Source: Candidatus Dojkabacteria bacterium
GTDB taxonomy: Bacteria; Patescibacteriota; Dojkabacteria; GCA-002793355
DNA: 57,471 bases
Reading direction: 5' to 3'
NCBI GenBank assembly: GCA_015489595.1
Contig: WFZK01000010.1
Coordinates: 1-57,471 of the forward strand
Part shown: in pieces, positions 24,595 through 34,341 of the stretch
How the letters are laid out: every line of letters starts with the position of its first letter
How positions within the stretch are numbered: position 1 is the first letter of the stretch
Position numbers and translations under genes: made by a program
The notes under the pieces: generated by a model
Told to the model about the DNA's origin: nothing
What the model saw: the letters and a program-made list of their open reading frames with translations, nothing else
Database searches by the model: none

Positions 24595-26652
24595 ATGCGT
24601 GTAAAAGATGTTATTTTCTATAAGGATGTTTTGGCATCTGGATCAGAGTTCGTTACTAGCGAAGAGGTAGTGGGGCGTAAGGCGGAAAGTCTATTTAAGG
24701 CGGTGAAGTTAGGGCTCCCTGTCCCTCCTTTTTTTGTAATCACTACAAAGGTTTTTAATGACATTATAAAAGCCCTTACCACGAAGAAACAGATTAGATC
24801 TTTAGAACATTTGGTAGAGCTCTTAAATCAGATTCCTTTCCCTAAGCACGTTTTAAAATCAGTAGAGCGAGAATATTCTAAACTGTCTCTGTTGGGTAAA
24901 AGTTGGGTCGCTGTGAGATCTTCTATTTCGGCTCCTGAATATAGGAGCTTTAGCTTCAGTGGGATTTTAGACACCTATCTTAATGTAAGAGGGATCGACG
25001 AGATCGAGCTAGCAACAAAACATGTGTACGCATCTCTTTTTTCACCTACGGCTTTATCCTATATCAAGTCTAATAATATCTCCTTAAGTAAGCTTTCTTT
25101 GGCTGCTATCGTGCAGAAGATGATTACTTCCGAGATTTCAGGCCTACTGTATACCTATAATCCGGTTACGGATTCTAATGAGTATGTTACGATTGAGGCT
25201 GTTTTTGGGCTTGGAGACGTGATCGGTACAGGTGAGATCAATCCAGATGTGTATCTGGTGGATAAGGTTACTTTGGAGCTAGTAGAAAAAAGAGTGGTGC
25301 CACAGCAGTGGATGCGGACTAGAAAAGTCGGGGAGTTTACAGCGGAGGATTTTCATTCCACTAAGGTGACTCTTTCTCCGGTTTGGCAGTATGCTCAAAA
25401 GTTAAGTGATACGCAAATAAAAGAGCTTACTCAGCTGGCTATTTCTCTAGAGCAAGCTACAGGTGAGCATTATATCGTTGAATGGACATATTCCAGTGGT
25501 AGACTATATATCCTTCAGCTTAAGAAGGCTCCTATTAGTCTAGCTACTTTTTTCAAGCAAGCTCCTAAGACGCAAGAGACTCGTGCGGGTAAGAAGAAGC
25601 AGGGTACAACCCGAGGGCAGTTAATCCTTACCGGCATCCCTGTGGGGGGTGGTGTGATTGAAGGGAATGTTGTAGTTTTGACTCAGAGGATGATAAATAG
25701 CGGGCAAGCTTTAGATATAGGCAAGCACGATATATTGGTTACAGATTACTTTGACCCTCAGATTGAGAGGTATGCATTATCAGCAGGTGGTGTGATAGCC
25801 GACACGGGTGGGCCTAATGCTGATTTGGCTTTGCTATTACGTGAAAGTGGGATTCCAGCCGTGGTTTCTACCCGGGTGGCTACAAGACTTTTACGTACGG
25901 GTTCTAGGGTGCTTTTGGACGCTGATGTTGGGAGCATATACTTGTTGGAGGAGCCTAGGGAGGGGCAGGATAGACAGAATGTAAAGAAGCCTAAACGGTC
26001 GACTACTGAGCCGGTCTCAGTTCATAAGCCACAGCCTTATCCTATTGATGTGTATTTACCTCTGCCTGAGTGGGGGGCGTATTTTGTAAGACTAGGGGAG
26101 TATCCTTCGTTAAAGTGGGCTGAATACGACAGCGTGTTTGTAGAGATGGATAAAACAGACCTCCGGAAGCGAATTGGTTTTATAAAAAGGATAAAAGATT
26201 CTGGGGTCTCTACCCTTGTGGTAGGTGTACATTCTGATGACGCAAAGCAGTTCATAGAACTTAAGAAGAAGCTAACCAGTCACAAGATTATTAGAAGTTC
26301 TAGGGTTAAAATAGTCCCTGTTCTTGCTACCATTGCTCAGCTTTGGAGGATAGAAAGGTATCTGAAGTCTTTCGTAGATGGAGTGGTTCTTGATCTTCTA
26401 AAGATATACCTCGCTTATGGTGGGACTACATTTGATCCTAAAGATTCGAATTTCCGTGATTTTCTGGCTCCTCATGTAGAAAAGGTTAAAAAGGAAAAGT
26501 TTACTATTATGGGGGCTTACATAGATAAGCTGGACATCGCAGTATCTAAGCTTATAAAGCTAGGCTTTAATCAGCTAGTTGTGGTTGACTCAGAGTCCTC
26601 AGTGGAGAAGATAGAAGATCTTAGGGATAAGCTTTCTCGGGTAGTATTGTAA
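24595..26652 (+). CDS. PEP-synthase/PPDK-like protein (ATP-grasp N-domain plus swivel domain lacking the phosphohistidine)
   Basis: PPDK_N pattern GRKAESLFKAVKLGLPVPPFFVI and swivel-domain pattern GGPNADLALLLRESGIPAVV, where TSH is expected. Confidence 0.7.
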   Translation: MRVKDVIFYKDVLASGSEFVTSEEVVGRKAESLFKAVKLGLPVPPFFVITTKVFNDIIKALTTKKQIRSLEHLVELLNQIPFPKHVLKSVEREYSKLSLLGKSWVAVRSSISAPEYRSFSFSGILDTYLNVRGIDEIELATKHVYASLFSPTALSYIKSNNISLSKLSLAAIVQKMITSEISGLLYTYNPVTDSNEYVTIEAVFGLGDVIGTGEINPDVYLVDKVTLELVEKRVVPQQWMRTRKVGEFTAEDFHSTKVTLSPVWQYAQKLSDTQIKELTQLAISLEQATGEHYIVEWTYSSGRLYILQLKKAPISLATFFKQAPKTQETRAGKKKQGTTRGQLILTGIPVGGGVIEGNVVVLTQRMINSGQALDIGKHDILVTDYFDPQIERYALSAGGVIADTGGPNADLALLLRESGIPAVVSTRVATRLLRTGSRVLLDADVGSIYLLEEPREGQDRQNVKKPKRSTTEPVSVHKPQPYPIDVYLPLPEWGAYFVRLGEYPSLKWAEYDSVFVEMDKTDLRKRIGFIKRIKDSGVSTLVVGVHSDDAKQFIELKKKLTSHKIIRSSRVKIVPVLATIAQLWRIERYLKSFVDGVVLDLLKIYLAYGGTTFDPKDSNFRDFLAPHVEKVKKEKFTIMGAYIDKLDIAVSKLIKLGFNQLVVVDSESSVEKIEDLRDKLSRVVL

Positions 26653-26665
26653 GGTATAATCCTGC

Positions 26666-29215
26666 ATGGCAAAGATAACCCCTTTGATGCGTCAGTATCT
26701 TAAGTTAAAGGCAAAATACAAAGATGCGGTTCTACTTTTCCAGATGGGAGATTTTTACGAGTGCTTTTACGAGGATGCTCATATTGTCTCCAAGGAACTT
26801 AACATAGTTCTAACCTCGAGGGAAAAGGGAGAAGATGCACCTCCTATGGCTGGATTCCCTGTAAAAGCCTTGGATTCTTATCTACCCAAGTTGGTAAGTA
26901 AGGGATACAGGGTAGCTATAGCAAACCAGGTGGAAGATCCCAGATTAGCTAAAGGGTTAGTGCGGCGAGAGGTTGTGGAGGTGGTGACTTCTGGTACTTT
27001 AACTATGCCAGAGAAGTTAGAAGAGAGTGATAGCAAGCTGATCGTAAGTTTTTATAAGGATAAGGATTGGCTCTCTTTTGCTTATGTAGATATCTTGCAA
27101 GGAGAAGTAAAGTTCGCAGTTTTACCTTCAGAAGCAGAGTCTATTGCTCTAGAAAGTATAAAGAATCTTAGACCAGCCGAAATTGTAGTTGATCTAAATG
27201 CTAAGGAGAGTATTAATTTGCAAGGTTATCCTGTGCAGTTTGTGGAGCTAAAGGAGCCTGCACGGGTTATAAGTGAATTTGCAGGCACCTCTGATTTAGC
27301 TCAGTTTGATCTTGACACAAAAGCTGCAATATATGCAGTTGCTTTGCTGCTTTCGTACATAAAAGATACTAAGTACACTACTCCTGCGCACATCAATAAA
27401 ATCGTGCGGTGGGATCCTAGAGAATACATGTTCTTAGATCAAACAACTATTGAGAATCTTGAACTGTTCTCAAGCATAAAAGGGGAGCGAAAGCACTCTC
27501 TTATAGGGGTTATTGATAATACTAAAACAGGACCAGGTAGTAGACTCTTGCGATTCTGGTTGGCGCATCCGCTGTTGGATGAAAAAAAGATTAAAGAAAG
27601 GTTAAATGATGTGGAATCCTTCGTGCAGGATCCAGATCTCCTAGAGAAAATAAGAGATATTTTAGGGGGGCTTTATGATATTGAAAGACTCACCGGGGTT
27701 TTAGGGTTTAAAAAAGCTAGCCCTAAACATTTAGTAATGCTCAAGCATAGTGTGGAAAAGGGGTTGAAAATAGTTAAGATGCTTCAAGAGGTATTGCCTT
27801 TTAAAGGGGATATAGAGGGGCTCCGTAGCTTTATAGAGAAGATTGATGCAGCATTAATAGATCCGCCGGGGACTTTTGAAGCGGGTGGTGTTATTAAGAG
27901 TAGTTACTCACCGGAAGTTAAAAAACTACGAACTCTTACTCAGGATACCCAAAGCGTATTAGAATCCCTACTAGAAGAGCTTAAGAGTTCCACCGGAATT
28001 ACCAATTTAAAGGTAGGGTACAACAAAGTTTTTGGATACTACATCGAGGTTCCTAAAGGACAATTGTCAAAAGTCCCGTCAACTTTTATTAGGAAACAGA
28101 CGTTGGTTAATGCTGAGCGCTTTATTACTCCAGAGCTTAAGGAGCTTGAACAGAAGATCATCAGTGCAAAGGAAGAACTTTATATGCTTGAGTTAAGACT
28201 CTACTCTGAGCTTGTTGAACACCTCTTAGAGTTTGTGCCTGAGCTTAAGATGGTTTCAGAATATTTAGCGTACGTTGATGTTATCTCTACATTCGCTTAT
28301 AACGCTATTAAGTTTAGGTATGTTAGACCCGAATTCCTAGAGAAGGATCATAAAGTAGAATTAGAACTGGAGGGATCTCGTCATCCGGTTGTTGAGCAGT
28401 TTGTAGATGAATTTGTCTCTAACTCCCTTACGGTATCGAAAGATCAGAAATTTGTACTCCTTACAGGGCCTAATATGGGGGGAAAGTCTACTTTTATTAG
28501 GCAAGTTGCCTTGATAAGTCTGTTGGCACAAATCGGTAGTTTTGTCCCTGCGGATAAAGCTAGGGTAAAGGTAAGAGACAGAATTTTTGCAAGAGTGGGG
28601 GCATCAGATGACATCTCTACAGGTAGAAGTACCTTTATGGTTGAGATGAGCGAAGTAGCCAGGATTTTAAAGAGTGCTACTGAGCGTTCTTTGGTTATCT
28701 TAGATGAGGTGGGTCGGGGAACAAATACCGCTGAGGGATTGGCTATAGCTTATGGAGTTTCATTGTATCTGAGAAAATATATTAATCCCTTGGTGATATT
28801 TGCTACCCACTTTCATGAATTAACCCTTTTGGAGGAAGTTGAGCCTGGATTCATTAATTACAAGGTAGATGTTTTGGAACAGGGTGAGGATGTTTTCTTT
28901 TTGCATACTATCTCTAGAGGTAGTGCGGATAAAAGTTATGCTTTATACGTGGCAAAACTGGTCAACTTACCTGATGAGATAATTAAGATAGCCCAGGATA
29001 AATTGGCTGAGCTTTCAAAGCAAAAGTTGGTTTTACAGAGCCCTTCGGCCCCTACATTAAAAATTGAGGAGCCTAAGGTGACTCAGATGAGGTTGTTTGA
29101 TCCGCTAGATAGCAAAGTATTGAGGGTCTTAAAAAAGGTAAAAAAGCTGGATATTAACAAGATTACCCCGTTGCAGGCTTTAGAAATTTTGGATAATATC
29201 AAGAGGGTCTTATGA
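26666..29215 (+). CDS. mutS: DNA mismatch repair protein MutS
   Basis: N-terminus TPLMRQYLKLKAKY...GDFYE, Walker A GPNMGGKST, DEVGRGTNT. Confidence 0.95.
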   Translation: MAKITPLMRQYLKLKAKYKDAVLLFQMGDFYECFYEDAHIVSKELNIVLTSREKGEDAPPMAGFPVKALDSYLPKLVSKGYRVAIANQVEDPRLAKGLVRREVVEVVTSGTLTMPEKLEESDSKLIVSFYKDKDWLSFAYVDILQGEVKFAVLPSEAESIALESIKNLRPAEIVVDLNAKESINLQGYPVQFVELKEPARVISEFAGTSDLAQFDLDTKAAIYAVALLLSYIKDTKYTTPAHINKIVRWDPREYMFLDQTTIENLELFSSIKGERKHSLIGVIDNTKTGPGSRLLRFWLAHPLLDEKKIKERLNDVESFVQDPDLLEKIRDILGGLYDIERLTGVLGFKKASPKHLVMLKHSVEKGLKIVKMLQEVLPFKGDIEGLRSFIEKIDAALIDPPGTFEAGGVIKSSYSPEVKKLRTLTQDTQSVLESLLEELKSSTGITNLKVGYNKVFGYYIEVPKGQLSKVPSTFIRKQTLVNAERFITPELKELEQKIISAKEELYMLELRLYSELVEHLLEFVPELKMVSEYLAYVDVISTFAYNAIKFRYVRPEFLEKDHKVELELEGSRHPVVEQFVDEFVSNSLTVSKDQKFVLLTGPNMGGKSTFIRQVALISLLAQIGSFVPADKARVKVRDRIFARVGASDDISTGRSTFMVEMSEVARILKSATERSLVILDEVGRGTNTAEGLAIAYGVSLYLRKYINPLVIFATHFHELTLLEEVEPGFINYKVDVLEQGEDVFFLHTISRGSADKSYALYVAKLVNLPDEIIKIAQDKLAELSKQKLVLQSPSAPTLKIEEPKVTQMRLFDPLDSKVLRVLKKVKKLDINKITPLQALEILDNIKRVL

Positions 29216-30285
29216 ACAATACTAAAAGGGCTAGATTGATTATATATATCCTTTTGTTTTTTATTTTCTTTATTGCTTTTTCTTATATCTTTATAAAGTT
29301 TAAGTTATTGGCGCTGATATTTGTTGTAGGGATAAGTATTTTTTTGCTTGCAGGAGTGGTTGTTGCCAGCAAAGGGGATGAATATGAAGAGCAGGTTGAC
29401 AGTTTGATTGACCGGCTTGTAGGACTTCTTGTTAAGATAAATCTCGGCACGTATGATTTAATACTCACTACTATCCGCTCCATCATCCAGTTTTTAAAGG
29501 AGATTTATGTGAGATACGTGATCCCTGTAAGCGTTTTTACTATTATATTTGTAATTTCATACGGACTGCTTCTGCTGCTGCGATATGTGAATAAAACTTT
29601 CTACAATGGGATTACTTATTTTGTCATCGCTGTGGCATTTTTAGCTCCACTTCTAATTAATTATCTGCAATATGGCTTTAAGAAGTACGAAGGTGGTACA
29701 GCTGATGAATTTGCTTTGCGAGTTAAAAAGACATTCCATAAATCTGTACTTTCATCCATTGAGATAGGTCTGGCTTTCGTGTTCTTTTTTGTTGATTCAA
29801 ACAATGCATGGTTTATTCCTGACGATCTAAGGGAAGTTCCTCTCGTCAGTTATTTGGGACCGTATGATCTTACGTTACGTTTATATTCCACTCATCAACT
29901 AGATTTTGCTTTTATGTTGGTGTTTACTTCTGTGCTTATTAATTTTGTGAAAGTACTGTTTGAGAAATCTATTTACAATTTTTATCTTCATCACGGGTAT
30001 ATAAATCCTGATCCAGAGCAACATCGACGCTTCAAATACACCAATCTTGTTTTAACAACTTTAGCATTGCATATAATCTTTCTGCCCTTTATTAGGCTTA
30101 AACATCTGATGCTTACTGTAGGATTTTTTAGTAATTTTGTGGCGGATGTTTTTGCTGCTCTTAAGGAACGTGAGGTTTGGATTAAGGAGTCTAAAGAGCC
30201 TGTGGATATAGTTGGACAGTTGAATAAGTACATAGTAGTTCCCCTCTTGAAAAAGATCCTCCGGATCTTCGCGGCTATAACTTAA
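29212..30285 (+). CDS. Hypothetical polytopic membrane protein
   Basis: Multiple hydrophobic segments and no recognised motif. ATGA overlap with mutS. Confidence 0.5.
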   Translation: MNNTKRARLIIYILLFFIFFIAFSYIFIKFKLLALIFVVGISIFLLAGVVVASKGDEYEEQVDSLIDRLVGLLVKINLGTYDLILTTIRSIIQFLKEIYVRYVIPVSVFTIIFVISYGLLLLLRYVNKTFYNGITYFVIAVAFLAPLLINYLQYGFKKYEGGTADEFALRVKKTFHKSVLSSIEIGLAFVFFFVDSNNAWFIPDDLREVPLVSYLGPYDLTLRLYSTHQLDFAFMLVFTSVLINFVKVLFEKSIYNFYLHHGYINPDPEQHRRFKYTNLVLTTLALHIIFLPFIRLKHLMLTVGFFSNFVADVFAALKEREVWIKESKEPVDIVGQLNKYIVVPLLKKILRIFAAIT

Positions 30286-32540
30286 ATGCAGGCAAGTAGA
30301 GCGTAGATTTTATCCTGTTCTTGCTTCTCATAAAGGACGCGGGGACAAATCTTTTTAAGGGAGTCATAAGTTTTTCGGGAAAGGTTTGGGTAGGCCTTGT
30401 ATTCTTGCGTTCCTATTACGATGAATTTAACTTGATATTTGTTTATGATATCTCGTAATTTGTCTATATTTTCTGGCTTTTTGTAGAATGCCTCAAGTTC
30501 CTTTAATCTTTCGGAGGTCACTATTTTTGTCCTTTCTCTGATGGGTTTGCGAGAAGTCAGATCGTATTTATAGGCATAGTAGACGTAGTCTTTGTTGGAG
30601 TTGTACCATTGAACATTGTGAAACGGCCAGCCTAATATAAGTCGATTACCAGAGTAAAATCCTATACGACCATAATAGCTGTAAGACTGGTAGGTCATAG
30701 CCTCCACTACCGTTACAGGATAGGTGTTCTCCGTAAGTGCGCGTACTCTTTTGAGGATTTCGTAGTCGTGTTTGGAGTTTCTTTTAAGGAAGGTGAGGCC
30801 GTTTAGGGTCTTTTCGCCCCATGGGTTGGTTATAAAATGGATGTAGGTTTTTGGCTCAAACGCATCTTCTCCAAACTTATCTAAGGTTGCTTTTATAAAA
30901 TACGTTCCCATTACGACGTTGATAAATATGAAGGTGCTTGTAAGGAAGATTTTGATAATCTTTGGGTGTTTTTTTGAGAGCTCGTATGCTAGCATTCCAA
31001 TCGTGCCTATAACTAGCAATCCCCAGGCTTCGTAGTAAATTTTAAACAGGGTGTTTGCGCGTGCGTATGGTGGATTAACTGTAGAAAAAACATCTTTTAG
31101 GTACACTACCGATACAAGTAGAATATTAAAGAATCCTAACGAAGCTAAAATCGCTGAGAGTTTTAGCGCATTGTCTTTTAGGTTCAATAGAGTGAGTAGT
31201 GCTACAATGAGAAGCAAGATTAAGATCCAGTACTGGCCTAGCAATAGGGCTAGAATTATAAGGCCTATCACATAGAGTTGTTTTGGCCGCTTATATTTCT
31301 GCGCCGTCAAAGTTGGAATAGCAGCCAGAATGAATTGCCCGAATAGAATTAAGTAGTATTTTGCATCCTCTGCTTTGGTTATAGGCGAATTTATCCCCAC
31401 GATTCCTATTCCATTGAGTGGAGTAATAAAATAATATTTAAAGACTCCAACTAATGCCCCTAACAAGACTAAATACGGGATGGTTGCAATTATATTTTTT
31501 CGACTGAGGATCTCAGACTTGTTTTTAATAGTAAGAAGCATAAGTATAAAAAGTAATTCTCCTAGTGGAATTATGTCCCAGGAATTAGAAGCAAAGACGT
31601 AGAAGGTAAGAATGGTAAGAGGGAGCAAGAGCCAGCTGATTGCTGTAATTGTAGATTTTCGTTTTAAGTTAACTAAATTTTGATAGAGAAGTAGGAGTAG
31701 TCCTACAGCGGTTAAAAAAAACGGGAATGAGAGATAGTGACCATGCATATCTCCGAGTACCACAGAATAAGAAGGGAATTCATTGATTGTTTGAGGTATC
31801 ACACGTGTGGCAGCTGGGTAGTAGAAGTCAAACATAGCTTTAATGCCTTTCCAAAAGTTGCGAATAAGGTAGAAGTTCCCCCCAAATGTTAAAAGTAGCG
31901 CTATAAGTATGCGTTTAGCAAGATTTAACTTAGGAAAAACTACAGAGCTTAGATAGAAACCGGCATTCACAATAAACACTGCCCAAAGCGAGATCATCAG
32001 GTTGTAAGAAACTTCAGGGATAACATGAGAAAATTTTGTAAGCAGAGCCATTGTGAATTGTCCTAGGTAATAATAGTTAAGCACTGTTCCTGTAAGCCAC
32101 GGATTTTCAGGAGGCATGTTAGGTTGTTTCATTAAGTTGTACATGAAGGAAAAGTCCATCGGCCTCTCTGTCCCCATAATGTCAGGGCGTTTCGTGCGGA
32201 TTGCGTTTAAGATCGTGTAGATGATTAATCCTATGATCTCTAAAGCCACAAATTCTGCTAGGGTCTTTTTCTCTGTTTTGATGGGCTTAGTGATCATCTT
32301 TATAAGTTTGGGTAGCCCTAGTAGGCTAAGAAGTACAAATATAATATAGGCTATTTGCCACCAGGGGATTGATATAAAGTGGGAGAAAAACCAAGAGGCG
32401 ACAACAATACCTGCTATACCAATAAGCTTGGCTGCTGCAAGATGGATTTTGCCCCTCGTGATGGCTATCCCTGGAAGTACGAAGGAAGTTACTATTAAGT
32501 AGAGCACAATACTCTCGAGCATTAAGAAAAATTTTATCAT
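30282..32540 (-). CDS. YYY-domain (DUF2298-type) large integral membrane protein, putative GT-C-like glycosyltransferase
   Basis: More than 15 TM segments and the characteristic NYYYLGQ motif. C-terminal soluble domain. Confidence 0.65.
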   Translation of the reverse strand: MIKFFLMLESIVLYLIVTSFVLPGIAITRGKIHLAAAKLIGIAGIVVASWFFSHFISIPWWQIAYIIFVLLSLLGLPKLIKMITKPIKTEKKTLAEFVALEIIGLIIYTILNAIRTKRPDIMGTERPMDFSFMYNLMKQPNMPPENPWLTGTVLNYYYLGQFTMALLTKFSHVIPEVSYNLMISLWAVFIVNAGFYLSSVVFPKLNLAKRILIALLLTFGGNFYLIRNFWKGIKAMFDFYYPAATRVIPQTINEFPSYSVVLGDMHGHYLSFPFFLTAVGLLLLLYQNLVNLKRKSTITAISWLLLPLTILTFYVFASNSWDIIPLGELLFILMLLTIKNKSEILSRKNIIATIPYLVLLGALVGVFKYYFITPLNGIGIVGINSPITKAEDAKYYLILFGQFILAAIPTLTAQKYKRPKQLYVIGLIILALLLGQYWILILLLIVALLTLLNLKDNALKLSAILASLGFFNILLVSVVYLKDVFSTVNPPYARANTLFKIYYEAWGLLVIGTIGMLAYELSKKHPKIIKIFLTSTFIFINVVMGTYFIKATLDKFGEDAFEPKTYIHFITNPWGEKTLNGLTFLKRNSKHDYEILKRVRALTENTYPVTVVEAMTYQSYSYYGRIGFYSGNRLILGWPFHNVQWYNSNKDYVYYAYKYDLTSRKPIRERTKIVTSERLKELEAFYKKPENIDKLRDIINKYQVKFIVIGTQEYKAYPNLSRKTYDSLKKICPRVLYEKQEQDKIYALLACI

Positions 32541-32558
32541 ACACGGTATAATAGGTAA

Positions 32559-34340
32559 ATGCAGGTATATAGGCGGAGGGTCAAAGGTGTTTTATTCTTT
32601 ATTTTCTTGGTACTCATCTTGGTGGCAATTTTTCTAGTCCCCGTTCTTATTAAGTTTTTTTCTCAGGCTGGACTTGCAGAACCTCAGGCTTTGGTTTTGG
32701 GGAATCTATCCCCTACAAGTGTCACGATCGTGTGGTTTACTAAAGATCCAGCCCAAGGTGATGTAATATGGGGAGTTACTAAGGATTTGGGACAGGTAGC
32801 ACATGATATGCGTAAAAGTCTTATCAACAACTTTGGGGAAACCTTTACTCATGTTGTTAAGTTAGATAACTTAGTCCCTGGCACTTCATACTATTTTAGG
32901 GTTGTCACTAATGGTAAAGTGTATCCTCCGGAGAAAGAGGCGCCGTACCTGTTCCAAACCCCATCAGTTGAAGCTCAGCAGTTGAGTTCACCCCTTAAGA
33001 TGTTTGGAGAAGTTGCAGGGGGGAGCTATGATTATGTAGTTGTGGTGGCTCCTATAGGTTCAAAAGTATACCCTTTTATCGCCCCTGTAACTCCGGATGG
33101 GACGTGGTATGTTGATGTATCGAGTTCTTACACGTATCAGGATTTAAAATCAGTGGTTTTTGATCAAAGTGCAAAGTTTAATGTGTTTGCTTTAGGTAAG
33201 GTGGGGGATTTTAAAGGTGGGGTAACTACAGCATCTTCACCTATTAAGTTAAACCCCAGTACAACTTATACAGCCTCTTCGATGCTTTCAGCATTAGGAC
33301 TTCCCAAAGTGCAGCGTTCTGCTGGAGGCAGCCAGAATATAGCCCAGGCTCCTTCAGGGACGGAAAAGATTACCCCTTCTCCCTCTAAAAAAGCTCCAGT
33401 GGCGGCTTCTCCTGGTGCTCCTAGTCCTACTCCTACGGCTACAGTTTCTCCTTCAGTCACTGGTGAAAGTCAGGGGCAAACTCCATCTATTACAGAGATT
33501 CCTCCCTCGGGGTTTATCCCTACCGGGCTTACCCCTACACCTACAGAGAATACACAGGAGAGTGTACCATCTCAGACTCCTACTTCATCTCCAGAAGAAA
33601 GCAAGCAGCAATCAGGATCTTCTTCATTTAGAGCTAATATCTATGGTCTTAAGCTAAGATTTATCTCGCCTTCAGATGTGCGTCAGGACCTTAAATTGGC
33701 TACAGATCAAATAAGACAAACAGAGAAGAAGGTTAATAACAATCATCTCACTACTGAGCAGAAAGTCAAATTTGGAGACGAGTTATCCTATCCTTTGGTT
33801 GTGAATGTTTCTGAGAGTTCCGCTACTATAATATGGAGGACAGTAGACAGAGTCTCCACACATCTAGAGCTCCTCAGCGATGGTAAAACACAAACTTTTG
33901 ATGATGAACGAGGAGAAGGGAATTTTTATTTTCATGTAGTAAGGTTAAGATACCTAACGCCAGGTAAGCAATACAAGTATAGAATTGGCGACTCCGAATT
34001 TACTTTTACAGCACCTCAGACGCTTAAGACTCCTCCATCGTTGCTTAACCTCTCCGGGATAGTCTCAGGACAAGGTGATGAGTGTTTAGTCCTGGCTCAA
34101 GTTAAGAGAGATACTACCAAGTCAGCCCTTGGGGGGCTTTTAACAACGGCTAACGTTGCTTGGTCTCTCGATATTGGAGCTTTAAGAACCGTAGACTATT
34201 TAAAATATTTTGACCCTAAGGATACTGATTACGTAGAACTCTCTGTCTATTGCGTAGATAGTTCCGGAAAACTATATAAAGGCAATGTGAGTAAACAGGT
34301 AGGAGAGGTAAAAGATATTCAAGTTGTGATAGAGTTGTAG
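32559..34340 (+). CDS. Secreted/anchored protein with two FN3 (purple-acid-phosphatase-N-like) domains and a Ser/Thr/Pro-rich linker
   Basis: N-terminal TM anchor. LSPTSVTIVWFT...GTSYYFRV and VSESSATIIWRT...GKQYKYRI. About 90 aa STP-rich region (nt 33348-33623). Confidence 0.55.
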   Translation: MQVYRRRVKGVLFFIFLVLILVAIFLVPVLIKFFSQAGLAEPQALVLGNLSPTSVTIVWFTKDPAQGDVIWGVTKDLGQVAHDMRKSLINNFGETFTHVVKLDNLVPGTSYYFRVVTNGKVYPPEKEAPYLFQTPSVEAQQLSSPLKMFGEVAGGSYDYVVVVAPIGSKVYPFIAPVTPDGTWYVDVSSSYTYQDLKSVVFDQSAKFNVFALGKVGDFKGGVTTASSPIKLNPSTTYTASSMLSALGLPKVQRSAGGSQNIAQAPSGTEKITPSPSKKAPVAASPGAPSPTPTATVSPSVTGESQGQTPSITEIPPSGFIPTGLTPTPTENTQESVPSQTPTSSPEESKQQSGSSSFRANIYGLKLRFISPSDVRQDLKLATDQIRQTEKKVNNNHLTTEQKVKFGDELSYPLVVNVSESSATIIWRTVDRVSTHLELLSDGKTQTFDDERGEGNFYFHVVRLRYLTPGKQYKYRIGDSEFTFTAPQTLKTPPSLLNLSGIVSGQGDECLVLAQVKRDTTKSALGGLLTTANVAWSLDIGALRTVDYLKYFDPKDTDYVELSVYCVDSSGKLYKGNVSKQVGEVKDIQVVIEL

Positions 34341-34341
34341 T

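Noticed and set aside
33348-33623. Ser/Thr/Pro-rich segment as a possible DGR variable repeat or tandem DNA repeat
   Set aside because: There is no reverse transcriptase in the window and I noticed no second template-like copy. The segment is low-complexity at protein level rather than an exact nucleotide repeat.
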